Shown here piece after piece: positions 1-8,642 of a DNA stretch of 64,000 bases; position 1 is the first letter of the stretch; every line of letters begins with the position of its first letter. The position numbers were made by a program, and so were the translations under genes. Origin of the DNA: a virus (lineage: Duplodnaviria > Caudoviricetes); IMG/VR virus record IMGVR_UViG_2772190774_000001, positions 1 to 64,000 of that record; one strand, 5' to 3'. The notes under the pieces are model-generated. The model saw only the letters and a program-made list of their open reading frames with translations, searched no databases and was not told the origin of the DNA.

Positions 1-291
1 GTGACCCACCTGCACGCCTCCACAGGGCACGCCGGCCACGGCCCACACCTGCCGCCCGCGCAGCCCGAATGCGACGCCGTGGAGTGGCTGCCCCCGTCAT
101 GCGCCATGTCCCGCGCCCGCGAGCTGCTGTGGACCTGCCAGCAGTGCAAACCCGTGTACTACCTGCTGATCGGCGGTGGGCGGACCCAGATCCGGCGCGT
201 CACAGACCGCGGGTCAGCGGTGAACCACCCCATGTCGTACGCCGACGGCCGTGACCTGTGGGACCGCATCCTCAAGGGCCGCGCCCGCTAA
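1..291 (+). CDS. Hypothetical protein (start may lie outside the window)
   Basis: Open frame to TAA at 291, CxxC (CQQC), GC3-rich codons. Confidence 0.55.
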   Translation: MTHLHASTGHAGHGPHLPPAQPECDAVEWLPPSCAMSRARELLWTCQQCKPVYYLLIGGGRTQIRRVTDRGSAVNHPMSYADGRDLWDRILKGRAR

Positions 292-309
292 CACCCCCGT
301 GGAGGCACC

Positions 310-513
310 GTGAGCGGTGGCACGCTGTTCATCCTCGTCCTGGGCGGGCTCACGACGTGGCTGGCCGTGGACTACGTCCGCAACTACCTGTCCACATGCC
401 GCAAATGCAAGGGCACTGGGGTGTTGCGGGCGACGTTCTGGAGCCGCCAGTACCGGCCCTGTCCCCGCTGCAACCGCAGCGGTGAGGTCTCCCACCAGTG
501 GGGGCCGAAATAG
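310..513 (+). CDS. Small membrane protein with DnaJ-type zinc finger
   Basis: GGAGG RBS; N-terminal hydrophobic helix; CRKCKGTG and CPRCNRSG motifs. Confidence 0.7.
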   Translation: MSGGTLFILVLGGLTTWLAVDYVRNYLSTCRKCKGTGVLRATFWSRQYRPCPRCNRSGEVSHQWGPK

Positions 514-514
514 A

Positions 515-555
515 GAACGCCCCCGCGGCCCCTTCCCCAGGGCGCGGGGGCGTTC
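515..555. terminator. Bidirectional intrinsic terminator-like hairpin
   Basis: 13-bp perfect stem GAACGCCCCCGCG/CGCGGGGGCGTTC between convergent genes. Confidence 0.7.
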
Positions 556-564
556 ATGTGCAGG

Positions 565-1254
565 CTACTGGGCGACGCCTGCTACTCGCCGTCGCATCTC
601 GGCGAGGAGATCCTCATCCCCGATATCGGAGATGCCTCTCTCCACAACGACCTCGGTAACACTTGCCTCCTCGTACGTGATGGCTCCGGATGCGGCGAGG
701 GCTTCGAGCACGGGGCGCCCGTAGGCCCGCGCCAAGCGAATCGCGACCTCTGGCTTGGGAGTTGCCCGTTCGGCTCGCCAGCGCCACACGGTGACCTTGT
801 CCACGCCAGTCGCGTTTGCGATGGCCGCCTGGGTAGCCCTGTTAGTCACGTGCTCGACGTACTCCCACCACGAGTCGGCACGGATATGCGCAAGGTCGCC
901 CGTCTGCGTTGGAGGCGACCAAGTTCCTGTCTCAACGACCTTCTGGACGCAGGCAATCGGGTCCTCTTCGCCGAAGTGGAACCACTCGCCGTGGGAGCGG
1001 AGATGACCGAAGCATCGGTGCAGGCGCGTTTCCAGTTCCGCGCCACCCGGATGACTCCACAGAACCGTGAGCGGTACCGGCGACATGCGCTGGATCTCGG
1101 TGCGCCGTCTGCTCACGTCCTCTGATCGGCCGATCTTAACCAGGGCGCTCTCGGCGCACCCGATGAGATAGACGTACTCCTGGACCCCGCCCGCCTCGGC
1201 ATCGATGGAGGACGGTCCGGATCCTTCCGACGGCTGAATGGTAAGTTCGTGCAT
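565..1254 (-). CDS. GIY-YIG (T5orf172/MUG113-like) domain fused to XRE-family HTH repressor domain
   Basis: YVYLIG..VKIGRS..LE..LH..F..LR..GEWF, then TQAAIANATGVDKVTVWRW HTH and a repressor-like C-terminus. Confidence 0.75.
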   Translation of the reverse strand: MHELTIQPSEGSGPSSIDAEAGGVQEYVYLIGCAESALVKIGRSEDVSRRRTEIQRMSPVPLTVLWSHPGGAELETRLHRCFGHLRSHGEWFHFGEEDPIACVQKVVETGTWSPPTQTGDLAHIRADSWWEYVEHVTNRATQAAIANATGVDKVTVWRWRAERATPKPEVAIRLARAYGRPVLEALAASGAITYEEASVTEVVVERGISDIGDEDLLAEMRRRVAGVAQ

Positions 1255-1283
1255 GTCAATCCTCTCGTGCAGGGTTGGCCATG

Positions 1284-1312
1284 CCCCGGGACGGTTGCCT
1301 CCGTCGCCGGGG
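1284..1312 (-). terminator. Hairpin downstream of GntR gene
   Basis: CCCCGG-GACGG / CCGTC-G-CCGGGG imperfect stem in the intergenic region. Confidence 0.4.
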
Positions 1313-1328
1313 CTTCATCGTTTAGAGG

Positions 1329-2033
1329 CTACTCCGAGGGGATGTCCCGCTCGTAGTGCAACTCGTACAGGTGTGCGGGCTTCACGATAATGCTCACTTC
1401 AACAGGTCGGCGGTCATGCGAGTAGACCGTGCGGAACTGCCGGAGAACCGGCACGTTCGGCGGTACGTCAAGACCTTCGACCTCTTCCGTGGTCGGCATG
1501 CGAGCAGTGACCCGGTCGGAGAAGCTCAGCTCCGGGTACCCGAGTTCGGTCAACACTCTGGGGGCTCCGCCTGGGATCTTCGCCCGCCCAGTGAGGGGCG
1601 TCCCAGCGACAAGACTCAACGGGTAGTACGACCAGGACAGCTCAACGGCATCGCTTCCCCGGTCAGTGCGGCGATGACGAAGGGCCGCCCTGTCCTCCCC
1701 AAGGGCTGCGGCGACGTCGGCCGGCGGCTCGACCTCGCGGACGTCGAGCATCTTGTAGGTCACCCCGCGTGTGGCTGGGTCGTAGTAGGCGGATGGGTCG
1801 ATCGCGAAGACGTGGCGGTCTCTGACGAAGACGCCGACACCGTGCTCGCTGCGCAGGAAGCCCTCTTCCTTGAGCACTCCAACGGCTGCCTGGATGGTGG
1901 CGTTGGCGGCCGAGTAGCGCGTTATGAGCTGGGCCGTTGATGGGAGCTTCTCGCCTGGGTTGAGTGTTCCCGCCATGATCTGCGCTCGCAGGTCGGCTGC
2001 GATGCGCAGGTGGGCGGATCGGGCGTCGGGCAT
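1329..2033 (-). CDS. GntR-family regulator with UTRA domain (Kor/TraR-like transfer repressor)
   Basis: IAADLRAQI..G...PGEKLPS..L...Y....TIQAAV..L..EG..HGVGVFV wHTH plus UTRA-like C-terminus; divergent from the transfer genes as in pSAM2-type elements. Confidence 0.9.
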   Translation of the reverse strand: MPDARSAHLRIAADLRAQIMAGTLNPGEKLPSTAQLITRYSAANATIQAAVGVLKEEGFLRSEHGVGVFVRDRHVFAIDPSAYYDPATRGVTYKMLDVREVEPPADVAAALGEDRAALRHRRTDRGSDAVELSWSYYPLSLVAGTPLTGRAKIPGGAPRVLTELGYPELSFSDRVTARMPTTEEVEGLDVPPNVPVLRQFRTVYSHDRRPVEVSIIVKPAHLYELHYERDIPSE

Positions 2034-2215
2034 GGTGCTCCTTGATCCTCTAGGCCGGGTTATCCACTCTATCCGGGGTGCGGCAAGGGTTTTGATACTG
2101 GTCAGCTACACCCACAGCATTGCCACTCTTCGCGAACAGCAGTAGAGTTCCTTGTGTGCGGCTCCAGAGACCTGGATTACCGCGACTTCCCTACTTGTCC
2201 GTTTTGGAGGCTGAG

Positions 2216-2497
2216 GTGATCACTGATCCGTTGGAGCGCGAAGCCCTCCGCGAGCGCCTTCTCAAGCCGTCCGAGGTCGCCAAGTTCTACGGCGTCACGA
2301 CCAAGACGCTCGGCAACTGGATCCGCGCTGGACGGATCAAGGCCACCCGGACCCCCGGCGGCCAGTACCGACTCAAGGGCGCAGAGGTCGAGGCGATGCT
2401 CGCCGACGACACCGAACCCGCCGACCCCGTGAAGCGCAACGGGCTCGCCCCGGTGATGACGCACCAGGACGAGCCCTCGGTGATCCACCCGGCCTAA
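2216..2497 (+). CDS. BldC/excisionase-like (MerR-type) HTH DNA-binding protein
   Basis: LLKPSEVAKFYGVTTKTLGNWIRAGRIKATRTPGGQYR; GGAGG RBS before GTG 2216. Confidence 0.8.
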   Translation: MITDPLEREALRERLLKPSEVAKFYGVTTKTLGNWIRAGRIKATRTPGGQYRLKGAEVEAMLADDTEPADPVKRNGLAPVMTHQDEPSVIHPA

Positions 2498-2515
2498 TCA
2501 GGAGGACCGATCTGC

Positions 2516-2731
2516 ATGCTCCAGCCTAACGTCCGCGCTTTCCGTACGGAGACGCTTGTCCTCACGGAGGACGCCACCCCGCGCGCGATCGTCGCCGAGT
2601 TCCTCAACAACCTCGAAGAGTCCGAGGAGTTCGCCGTCCTGGCCTGGCTCCGCACCCCCGAGTTCAACGTGTTCGCGGTGTGCCGTGAGGTCGCGATGGA
2701 CCTGCCCGAGGAGTGGGGGGCGGCGTCGTGA
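2516..2731 (+). CDS. Hypothetical protein
   Basis: AGGAGG RBS; stop overlaps next start (GTGA). Confidence 0.65.
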   Translation: MLQPNVRAFRTETLVLTEDATPRAIVAEFLNNLEESEEFAVLAWLRTPEFNVFAVCREVAMDLPEEWGAAS

Positions 2732-2856
2732 AGCACACCTGCTCCTGCCACAGCCTGCCCCTCGCTGGTGGCCCTGTCCTCTGGTGGTGCCCCGAGACCG
2801 GCAGCAGCGTGTACGCCGCTGACCTCCCGACCGAGCGCCCGGCGGTGACCCGATGA
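2728..2856 (+). CDS. Small Cys-containing hypothetical protein (42 aa)
   Basis: GTGA/ATGA coupling on both sides; VKHTCSCH...WWCPETG. Confidence 0.55.
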   Translation: MKHTCSCHSLPLAGGPVLWWCPETGSSVYAADLPTERPAVTR

Positions 2857-3059
2857 AGCGCCTCGCCCGCGTTCTCCTGGCCCTCGCGTTCCCGTTCGTC
2901 GTGGCGCTGCTGGACTTCCTGATCCACTTGGCCGCCATAGCCGTGGCCGCCCTCGTCCTGTCGCTGTTCCTCCCGCCTCTCCCGTCGCTGCTGATCGCGC
3001 TCGTGGCCGTCGGCCTGTACCGGGGCGTCCGCCTCGGCATGCGGGGTGAGGTCCAGTGA
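2853..3059 (+). CDS. Small membrane protein
   Basis: Two hydrophobic helices; translationally coupled. Confidence 0.7.
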   Translation: MKRLARVLLALAFPFVVALLDFLIHLAAIAVAALVLSLFLPPLPSLLIALVAVGLYRGVRLGMRGEVQ

Positions 3060-3196
3060 AGATCGCCACCGACCCGCAGCCGCAGGCCAACGAGCGCCCG
3101 CAGCCCAAGCCCATCACCGTATGCCCTGAGTGCAGCGCAGAGTCCAGCGGCGGCCACATCTGCCGCGGCGCCCGCATCCCGAGGAGGACCCGATGA
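3056..3196 (+). CDS. Small hypothetical protein (46 aa)
   Basis: GTGA/ATGA coupling; CPEC...HIC. Confidence 0.5.
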   Translation: MKIATDPQPQANERPQPKPITVCPECSAESSGGHICRGARIPRRTR

Positions 3197-3483
3197 CCAG
3201 CACGCAGAGCACGACCTGGCCGGAGGGCGTTATCGCCCGCTACCTCACCGTCGGCGGCGCGGCCGTTGACGTCACGGAGGACGAACCCGGCGTGTGCACC
3301 GTCGCCAATTGCGGTGGCTGCCCGAAGTACCGGTGCATCGACTGGACGAGATCCACGGGCGCCCACTTCGACGGGTCGTACCGCGAGTACCAGGACCGGG
3401 AGTCGGCCGAGCAGCAGGCCCGCGAGTGGGCGCAGTCCCACGCCGAGAAGTGCCGGGCCATGCCCAAGCCCGACCCCCGCTGA
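3193..3483 (+). CDS. Hypothetical protein typical of actinomycete mobile elements
   Basis: GAGGAGG RBS; WPEGVIARYLTVGGA..V; AREWAQSHAEKCRAMP. Confidence 0.7.
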   Translation: MTSTQSTTWPEGVIARYLTVGGAAVDVTEDEPGVCTVANCGGCPKYRCIDWTRSTGAHFDGSYREYQDRESAEQQAREWAQSHAEKCRAMPKPDPR

Positions 3484-3564
3484 CGGTTCCCGGGCCGGGG
3501 TCCCGGATCCCAGGCCCGAGAACCACCCCCATCACAACACCTGACCACCGAGAAGGAGACCGAG

Positions 3565-3726
3565 ATGCAGTACATGCGCTGGATCAAGTGGGCGGCCATC
3601 GCGTTCGCCGCGTTCTACCTGTTCACCCGCCCGACCCACGCCGCCGACGCCGTGCGTGGCGCGGTCGGCACGGTGCAGACCGGTGCGGAGCGCGCGGCGA
3701 CGTTCGTGAGCGCCGTCGTCAAGTGA
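3565..3726 (+). CDS. Small membrane protein (53 aa)
   Basis: AAGGAG RBS; MQYMRWIKWAAIAFAAFYLFTRP..AADAV. Confidence 0.65.
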   Translation: MQYMRWIKWAAIAFAAFYLFTRPTHAADAVRGAVGTVQTGAERAATFVSAVVK

Positions 3727-3838
3727 CCAGCACCAAGCACCACATGTTCCACCTAGTCCGGCCGGTCGGCGGCTTCCCGGGTTCGATCCCCGGTGCGGAC
3801 GCGTAACGCCCGACCCAACTTTGACCAGGAGTGAACCG

Positions 3839-4018
3839 ATGACCGACACCGACCAGCGGCCGGCGCTCGACGTCCGCCCCCTGGCCTACGCCCTGCACCA
3901 CATGATCCCCGACCTGCACGCGGTGATCCTTCCCGGTGAGACCGTGACGGACCTGCGGGCCCGCCGTGACGCCGCCGCGGATATCTTCGACGACCTGCTC
4001 GCCGAGGCGGTGGCGTGA
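3839..4018 (+). CDS. Hypothetical protein
   Basis: AGGAG RBS; coupled to next gene. Confidence 0.6.
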   Translation: MTDTDQRPALDVRPLAYALHHMIPDLHAVILPGETVTDLRARRDAAADIFDDLLAEAVA

Positions 4019-5637
4019 TGACGACCTACTACGACCACCGCGCAGAGCGGACGATGGCTGAGGCCGAGGCCGACGCCCGCCGCGCTCAGGCGGAGGCGCT
4101 TCGGGTAGAGACCACGCTCCGCCTTGAGCGTGAGCGCCGCCAGATGGAAACCGACCGCGTCCAGCAGGAGCGGCGGGCCCGCGAGGAGCGTGCGCGTAGC
4201 CGCACGGCCCAGCGGGAGAACCGCCGCCGCCAGCGCGAGCAGACACGTGCCGCCCGCCGTGCGGCGATCCGCCGCGGCGCCGGAGCGCTCCGCACCGCCA
4301 CCGTGCAGCGGGTTCCGTTCCTCGTCGGCGGCGTCGCCATGGGCTCCCCCATCGCCATCGCCTGGAACGGCCAGTACCAGTTCGCCGAGCAGATCATGCA
4401 CCTCGGGGCACTGTCCCCCGCCCTGCCGATCGCCCTCGAAGGCGCCGTCTGGTACCTCGCCTACCTCACCCACCGGGCCATCACCCAGCACCTGCCCACC
4501 GTCCGCTACCGGGTCGCGACCTGGGCCCTCGCCGCGGTGGCCGCGACCATGAACTTCTGGCACGGCAGCGCCCCGAAGGGTCTGCCGGCGAACGCCCCGC
4601 AGCAGCTCATCGAGCAGGCCACCCGCGACGCCCAGCAGACCGGCGTGGCCCTGGCCCTGGCGAGTCTCCTCGGGATCGGCCTGTGGGAGCTGACCGTCGG
4701 CCTGACCCAGCACACCGCCTCCCGCCGCTCCCTGACGGAGATCCGCCGCGCCGCCTGGCGCCGCCTGCGCTACCCCCGCCTGTCCTGGCAAGCCGCGTCC
4801 ATCCGGGCCGCCCGCGGCGAGGACTGCACGATCGAGGACGCCTGGGCCGCGGCCTGGGTGGATCGGTACGGCGTCGGGCCTGACGCGCCCCGCCGGGACC
4901 GCCGCCTCGGCCGGAAGGTCACGCGCTACCAGTCGAAGGCCGACCGTAAGGCGGCGAAGGACGGTCGCCTGTCCATCGTCGGCGGGCAGATCGTCGGACG
5001 CCCCTCGCTTGACCCCGCGCCGGCCGACCCGGAAGGCGAGAAGGCCATCGAGCAGCTCCGCTCGTGGGACGGCGCCGCAGCCACCCAGCGTGCCATCGAC
5101 CGCACCGCCGTGAAGATGCTCGCGTTCGGCCACGACTTCATCAACGGGCGACGCGCAGCCTCACCCGAGGCCGTGCCCACGCTGGCACCGCTCAAGCCGC
5201 TGCCGAAGCTGGACACCGTGCGGGCCGACGCCGGCCCTGACCCCCTGTCCACCCTCACGACTCCCCTCACCGACTCCCACACGCCGAACCACCCGGCCGA
5301 CGAGGAAGAGCGTGAGGACGATCGTGAGGAGACCGGCAACCGCCGCACCCCCACTGAGCAGGTCAATCGCGCCGCAGAGGAATGGATCCGTGCAAGGTGC
5401 CGCGGCAGGAACGGCGTAGGCCGGCGCCCCTCTTACCGGGAGGTCGGCGACCGGTACGACCGCAGTGAAACCTGGGGCGGCAACCGTGTGCGTGCGGTGC
5501 AGGAGCGGATGGCGGCCCAGGGCTACGAGTTCCACGACGACGGCACGGTCACCGCGCCGCGCAAGCCCCTCACGGAGTCCGTCACCGCTGTGAACGGCTC
5601 CCGCTCCCACCCTGAGACCGCGACGGAGGTGTCGTGA
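4015..5637 (+). CDS. SpdB-like (DUF2637-like) membrane spread/transfer protein
   Basis: N-terminal coiled coil, about 4 TM segments (LPIALEG..W; N.WH), Pro-rich linker, C-terminal HTH-like segment; lies upstream of TraB. Confidence 0.65.
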   Translation: MMTTYYDHRAERTMAEAEADARRAQAEALRVETTLRLERERRQMETDRVQQERRAREERARSRTAQRENRRRQREQTRAARRAAIRRGAGALRTATVQRVPFLVGGVAMGSPIAIAWNGQYQFAEQIMHLGALSPALPIALEGAVWYLAYLTHRAITQHLPTVRYRVATWALAAVAATMNFWHGSAPKGLPANAPQQLIEQATRDAQQTGVALALASLLGIGLWELTVGLTQHTASRRSLTEIRRAAWRRLRYPRLSWQAASIRAARGEDCTIEDAWAAAWVDRYGVGPDAPRRDRRLGRKVTRYQSKADRKAAKDGRLSIVGGQIVGRPSLDPAPADPEGEKAIEQLRSWDGAAATQRAIDRTAVKMLAFGHDFINGRRAASPEAVPTLAPLKPLPKLDTVRADAGPDPLSTLTTPLTDSHTPNHPADEEEREDDREETGNRRTPTEQVNRAAEEWIRARCRGRNGVGRRPSYREVGDRYDRSETWGGNRVRAVQERMAAQGYEFHDDGTVTAPRKPLTESVTAVNGSRSHPETATEVS

Positions 5638-5876
5638 TGTCCGCCGTACTCGACACGCTCGTGACCCTCCTCCGGGAGGCCGCTGTCGCCCTCGGCGTCG
5701 GGCTTCTCCTCGGCTTGGCGATCCTCATCGCCTACTACCGCCACATCCACCCCGTCATCGTCGCCGTACAGCGGGCGTACGCCTCCTGGAAGCGCCGCCG
5801 CGCCTTCCGTAAGAAGTTCAACGCCGCCTGGGACGCGGCCTGGAAGAACCGCTCGAACCGCAAGGAGGTGTCGTGA
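5634..5876 (+). CDS. Small membrane protein (Spd-like)
   Basis: TM helix plus basic tail; coupled. Confidence 0.65.
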   Translation: MMSAVLDTLVTLLREAAVALGVGLLLGLAILIAYYRHIHPVIVAVQRAYASWKRRRAFRKKFNAAWDAAWKNRSNRKEVS

Positions 5877-6091
5877 TGTCCCCGCTCACCAGGCTCATCA
5901 GCGAAGTGACCCTAGTCGCCGTCGTCACGATCATCGACTACTCGCTCGTCGCGAGCACGGACGGCCCGACCTGGGCTGCCTGCTCGGCGCTCGCTGTCCT
6001 CGCCTTCTACGCCTGGATCTGGGTCCGGCGCTTCGCCCGCACCCGCGCTCTGCGCAGCGCCTGGCGTGAGTTCTGGAAGGAGGACCGGTGA
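5873..6091 (+). CDS. Small membrane protein (Spd-like)
   Basis: Two TM helices; coupled. Confidence 0.65.
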   Translation: MMSPLTRLISEVTLVAVVTIIDYSLVASTDGPTWAACSALAVLAFYAWIWVRRFARTRALRSAWREFWKEDR

Positions 6092-6348
6092 TGCTCACGC
6101 TCCTGCTCCTGGCCGCCCTGCTCGCGGTGTGCATCACCCGCACCAGTCGGGCCGGTATCCGGGCCGCGACCACCCGCACCGGCGGATGGGGTTCGGTCGG
6201 CCCCGCCGCCCGCACCACCACAGTCTTCGCGCTGCGCCTGCTCGTCGAGGTGTGCCACCTCATCGTGCAGACCGTCGTACTCGTCGCGCAGATCGTCTCA
6301 CTGGCCGCCCAGTGGGTGGAGACGGCCGGCGCCCGAGGGGAGGCCTAG
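6088..6348 (+). CDS. Small membrane protein
   Basis: Hydrophobic N-terminus; abuts traB. Confidence 0.6.
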   Translation: MMLTLLLLAALLAVCITRTSRAGIRAATTRTGGWGSVGPAARTTTVFALRLLVEVCHLIVQTVVLVAQIVSLAAQWVETAGARGEA

Positions 6349-8475
6349 ATGACCATCGTGATTCCCGGTGGACCGGACGCCGGCGAGGGGCGCCCGAATG
6401 TGGAACTCCTCCCCGAGGACGACGACTTCGCCCTGCCGGCCAAGCGGGACAGCCTCACCAACCCCGCGGACTTCGACCCCGACTACGACGCCGAGCGAGT
6501 CACCGAACCCGGCGAGATCATCACCGGGCGCCCCGTTGACCTGCCCGAAGACCCCCGCGTCACCCTCACCGGCAAGGCGGAAATCGCCCGCCGGCCGATC
6601 GTCCCCGCATGGGCCCGCACCCGTACGGACTTCGAGACCGCGGCCAAGCACTGGGCGGACCGCACCTGGTACCGCACTCGCTTCCACGCCGCGTACTCCC
6701 CCCTGTACGCGCTGAAGGTCCTGCGGTGGGCGCCCGTCGGAGCGGCCCGCATCATCGCCGCGGCCTGGCGGTGGACGTTCGACGCCGAGCAGGCACCCCT
6801 CCGGAAGTCGGAGGCCCGCCCCGGCGGCAACGTCGACGCGTACCTGCGGCTGGTGAACGAGCGGAACAACCGGGTCAAGCGGCGCCTGCCCATCGTGGGA
6901 GGCGGTGCTGCCGCGGTCCTCGGCACCGGGGTCGCCGCGTACGCGACGCTTCCCAGTCCCGCCCTGGCCGGCCTCGGCGCTCTAACGGCGCTGCTGCTCG
7001 CACGGCACGGGCGGCCCGCGGACAAGCCCCTCACCAGCACAGCCGTGGTACTGCAGCGGTACGAGCGCCTCACCGCCGAGCGGGTCCGCGAGGCGCTGTG
7101 CTCCATCGGCGTCTCCGGCCTGAAGGACCCGAAGCGGATCAGCTTCCCCACGGAGATCCACCGCGACGGGCCCGGCCAGCTCGCCCGGGTCAACCTGCCC
7201 CCCGGCGTGGAGGCAGTGGACGTGTGCGAGAAGCGGGGCAAGCTCTCCAGCGCTCTGCGCCTCCCCGTCGACCAGGTGTGGACCACCGCAGGCCCCGACC
7301 ACGCCGGCCAGCTTGACCTCTGGGTGGGCTACCAGCCCGCGTCGAAGATGCGCCCGCCGAAGTGGTCGCTCGCGCAGGACGGCGCCCGGACCAGCGTGTT
7401 CGAGCCCGCCGAGTTCGGCGCTGACCAGCGACAGCGGCCCGTGTCCGCGCCGCTGTTCGCCCGGAACTGGCTGATCGGAGGCGTCCCAGGGTCGGGTAAG
7501 TCGTACTTCGCGCGGGCGCTGGCACTGGCCGCCGCTCTCGACCCGACGGTCGAGTTCAAGATTGCCGAGTTCAAGGGCACCGCCGACTTCGGCGACTTCG
7601 AGCCGCTGTGCAGCGACTACTACTGCGGTGTCGACGACGAAGCGTTGGAAGGTGGCGCCCGGATCATCGCCTGGGGGCTCGCCGAGGCGGAGCGCCGCGG
7701 CAAGCGGATCAAGAAGTTCCGCGAGCAGGGCCGCGCCCCCGAGGGCAAGGTCACCCCGGAGCTCGCCGCCGAACCCGGATCCGGCCTGCACCCCGTGGTG
7801 ATCCTGATCGACGAGGCGCATGAGCTGCTGGTGGATCCGGATGTAGCCACCGCTGCCGAGCGGCTCATCAAGCGGGGTCGGGCGCTTGGGCTGATCGTCA
7901 TCTTGGCGACGCAGATCCCCGACGCCAAGTCGGTTCCGCCGATCATCACCCGGTGTGTCACCATGCGCGCCTGCCTGGCCGTTCAGGACCACATCGCAAA
8001 CGACATGATCCTGGGCACCGGCTCATACAGGCGGGGGGTCACGGCCACGTCGTACCGGCCTGGCCTGGACGCCGGGTGGGCGATGGTGACCGGCCTGGAA
8101 ACGCCGATCGCGGTGCGCTCGCAGTTCCCCGACGAGGCCACAGGCAAGAAGATCCTCAAGCGGGCGATTCAGCTCCGCGGCGGGGTCATCCCCGGCGGGG
8201 ACGACGAAGAGACCCCCCGTCTGGACGTGCTCATTGACGTTCAGCGGGTCTGGCCTGCGGAACGCGCCGGGATGCAGTGGCAGCACCTCGTGGACTTGCT
8301 CACCGAGTTCCGCCCGGAGGTCTACGGCGACCTGACCAAGGAATCGCTGTCCGCGCTGCTGCGCGGGCTTGGCGTCCCGTCGGAGGCCGTGAAGGCGAAC
8401 GGCAGCACCCTGCAGGGCTGCAAGCGGGTCGCCATCGGTGCCGCTCTGGAGCAGCGGGAGCTAGGCCGTGGGTAG
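6349..8475 (+). CDS. traB: FtsK/SpoIIIE-family conjugative dsDNA translocase (TraB-like)
   Basis: TM segment, Walker A GGVPGSGKS, Walker B VILIDEAH, RGRALG..VILATQ, C-terminal winged-helix-like domain. Confidence 0.9.
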   Translation: MTIVIPGGPDAGEGRPNVELLPEDDDFALPAKRDSLTNPADFDPDYDAERVTEPGEIITGRPVDLPEDPRVTLTGKAEIARRPIVPAWARTRTDFETAAKHWADRTWYRTRFHAAYSPLYALKVLRWAPVGAARIIAAAWRWTFDAEQAPLRKSEARPGGNVDAYLRLVNERNNRVKRRLPIVGGGAAAVLGTGVAAYATLPSPALAGLGALTALLLARHGRPADKPLTSTAVVLQRYERLTAERVREALCSIGVSGLKDPKRISFPTEIHRDGPGQLARVNLPPGVEAVDVCEKRGKLSSALRLPVDQVWTTAGPDHAGQLDLWVGYQPASKMRPPKWSLAQDGARTSVFEPAEFGADQRQRPVSAPLFARNWLIGGVPGSGKSYFARALALAAALDPTVEFKIAEFKGTADFGDFEPLCSDYYCGVDDEALEGGARIIAWGLAEAERRGKRIKKFREQGRAPEGKVTPELAAEPGSGLHPVVILIDEAHELLVDPDVATAAERLIKRGRALGLIVILATQIPDAKSVPPIITRCVTMRACLAVQDHIANDMILGTGSYRRGVTATSYRPGLDAGWAMVTGLETPIAVRSQFPDEATGKKILKRAIQLRGGVIPGGDDEETPRLDVLIDVQRVWPAERAGMQWQHLVDLLTEFRPEVYGDLTKESLSALLRGLGVPSEAVKANGSTLQGCKRVAIGAALEQRELGRG

Positions 8476-8536
8476 CGACCGGCGAACACCTCGGAACCCC
8501 GGATTCAGGCCCTCTGAAGCCGTTTCCCGGGGGCTG

Positions 8537-8625
8537 CCACAACCCGCAACCTCTGCGTGTTTCAGCAGATCAGACCGGTTGTGCCGCCAGGTTGCGGCGG
8601 CACAACCCCCGGCAAGGCCACAACC
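8537..8625. repeat. Six 8-mer repeats SCRCAACC, candidate clt/TRS transfer locus
   Basis: CCACAACC 8537, CCGCAACC 8544, GGTTGTGC 8577 (rc), GGTTGCGG 8590 (rc), GCACAACC 8600, CCACAACC 8618; directly downstream of traB. Confidence 0.6.
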
Positions 8626-8642
8626 CTCGATTGGAGTCAAGA

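Noticed and set aside
8277-8642. N-terminal extension of ORF 8277-9374
   Set aside because: Overlaps traB and the clt-like repeats; TTG 8643 has a GGAG RBS and starts the folded domain
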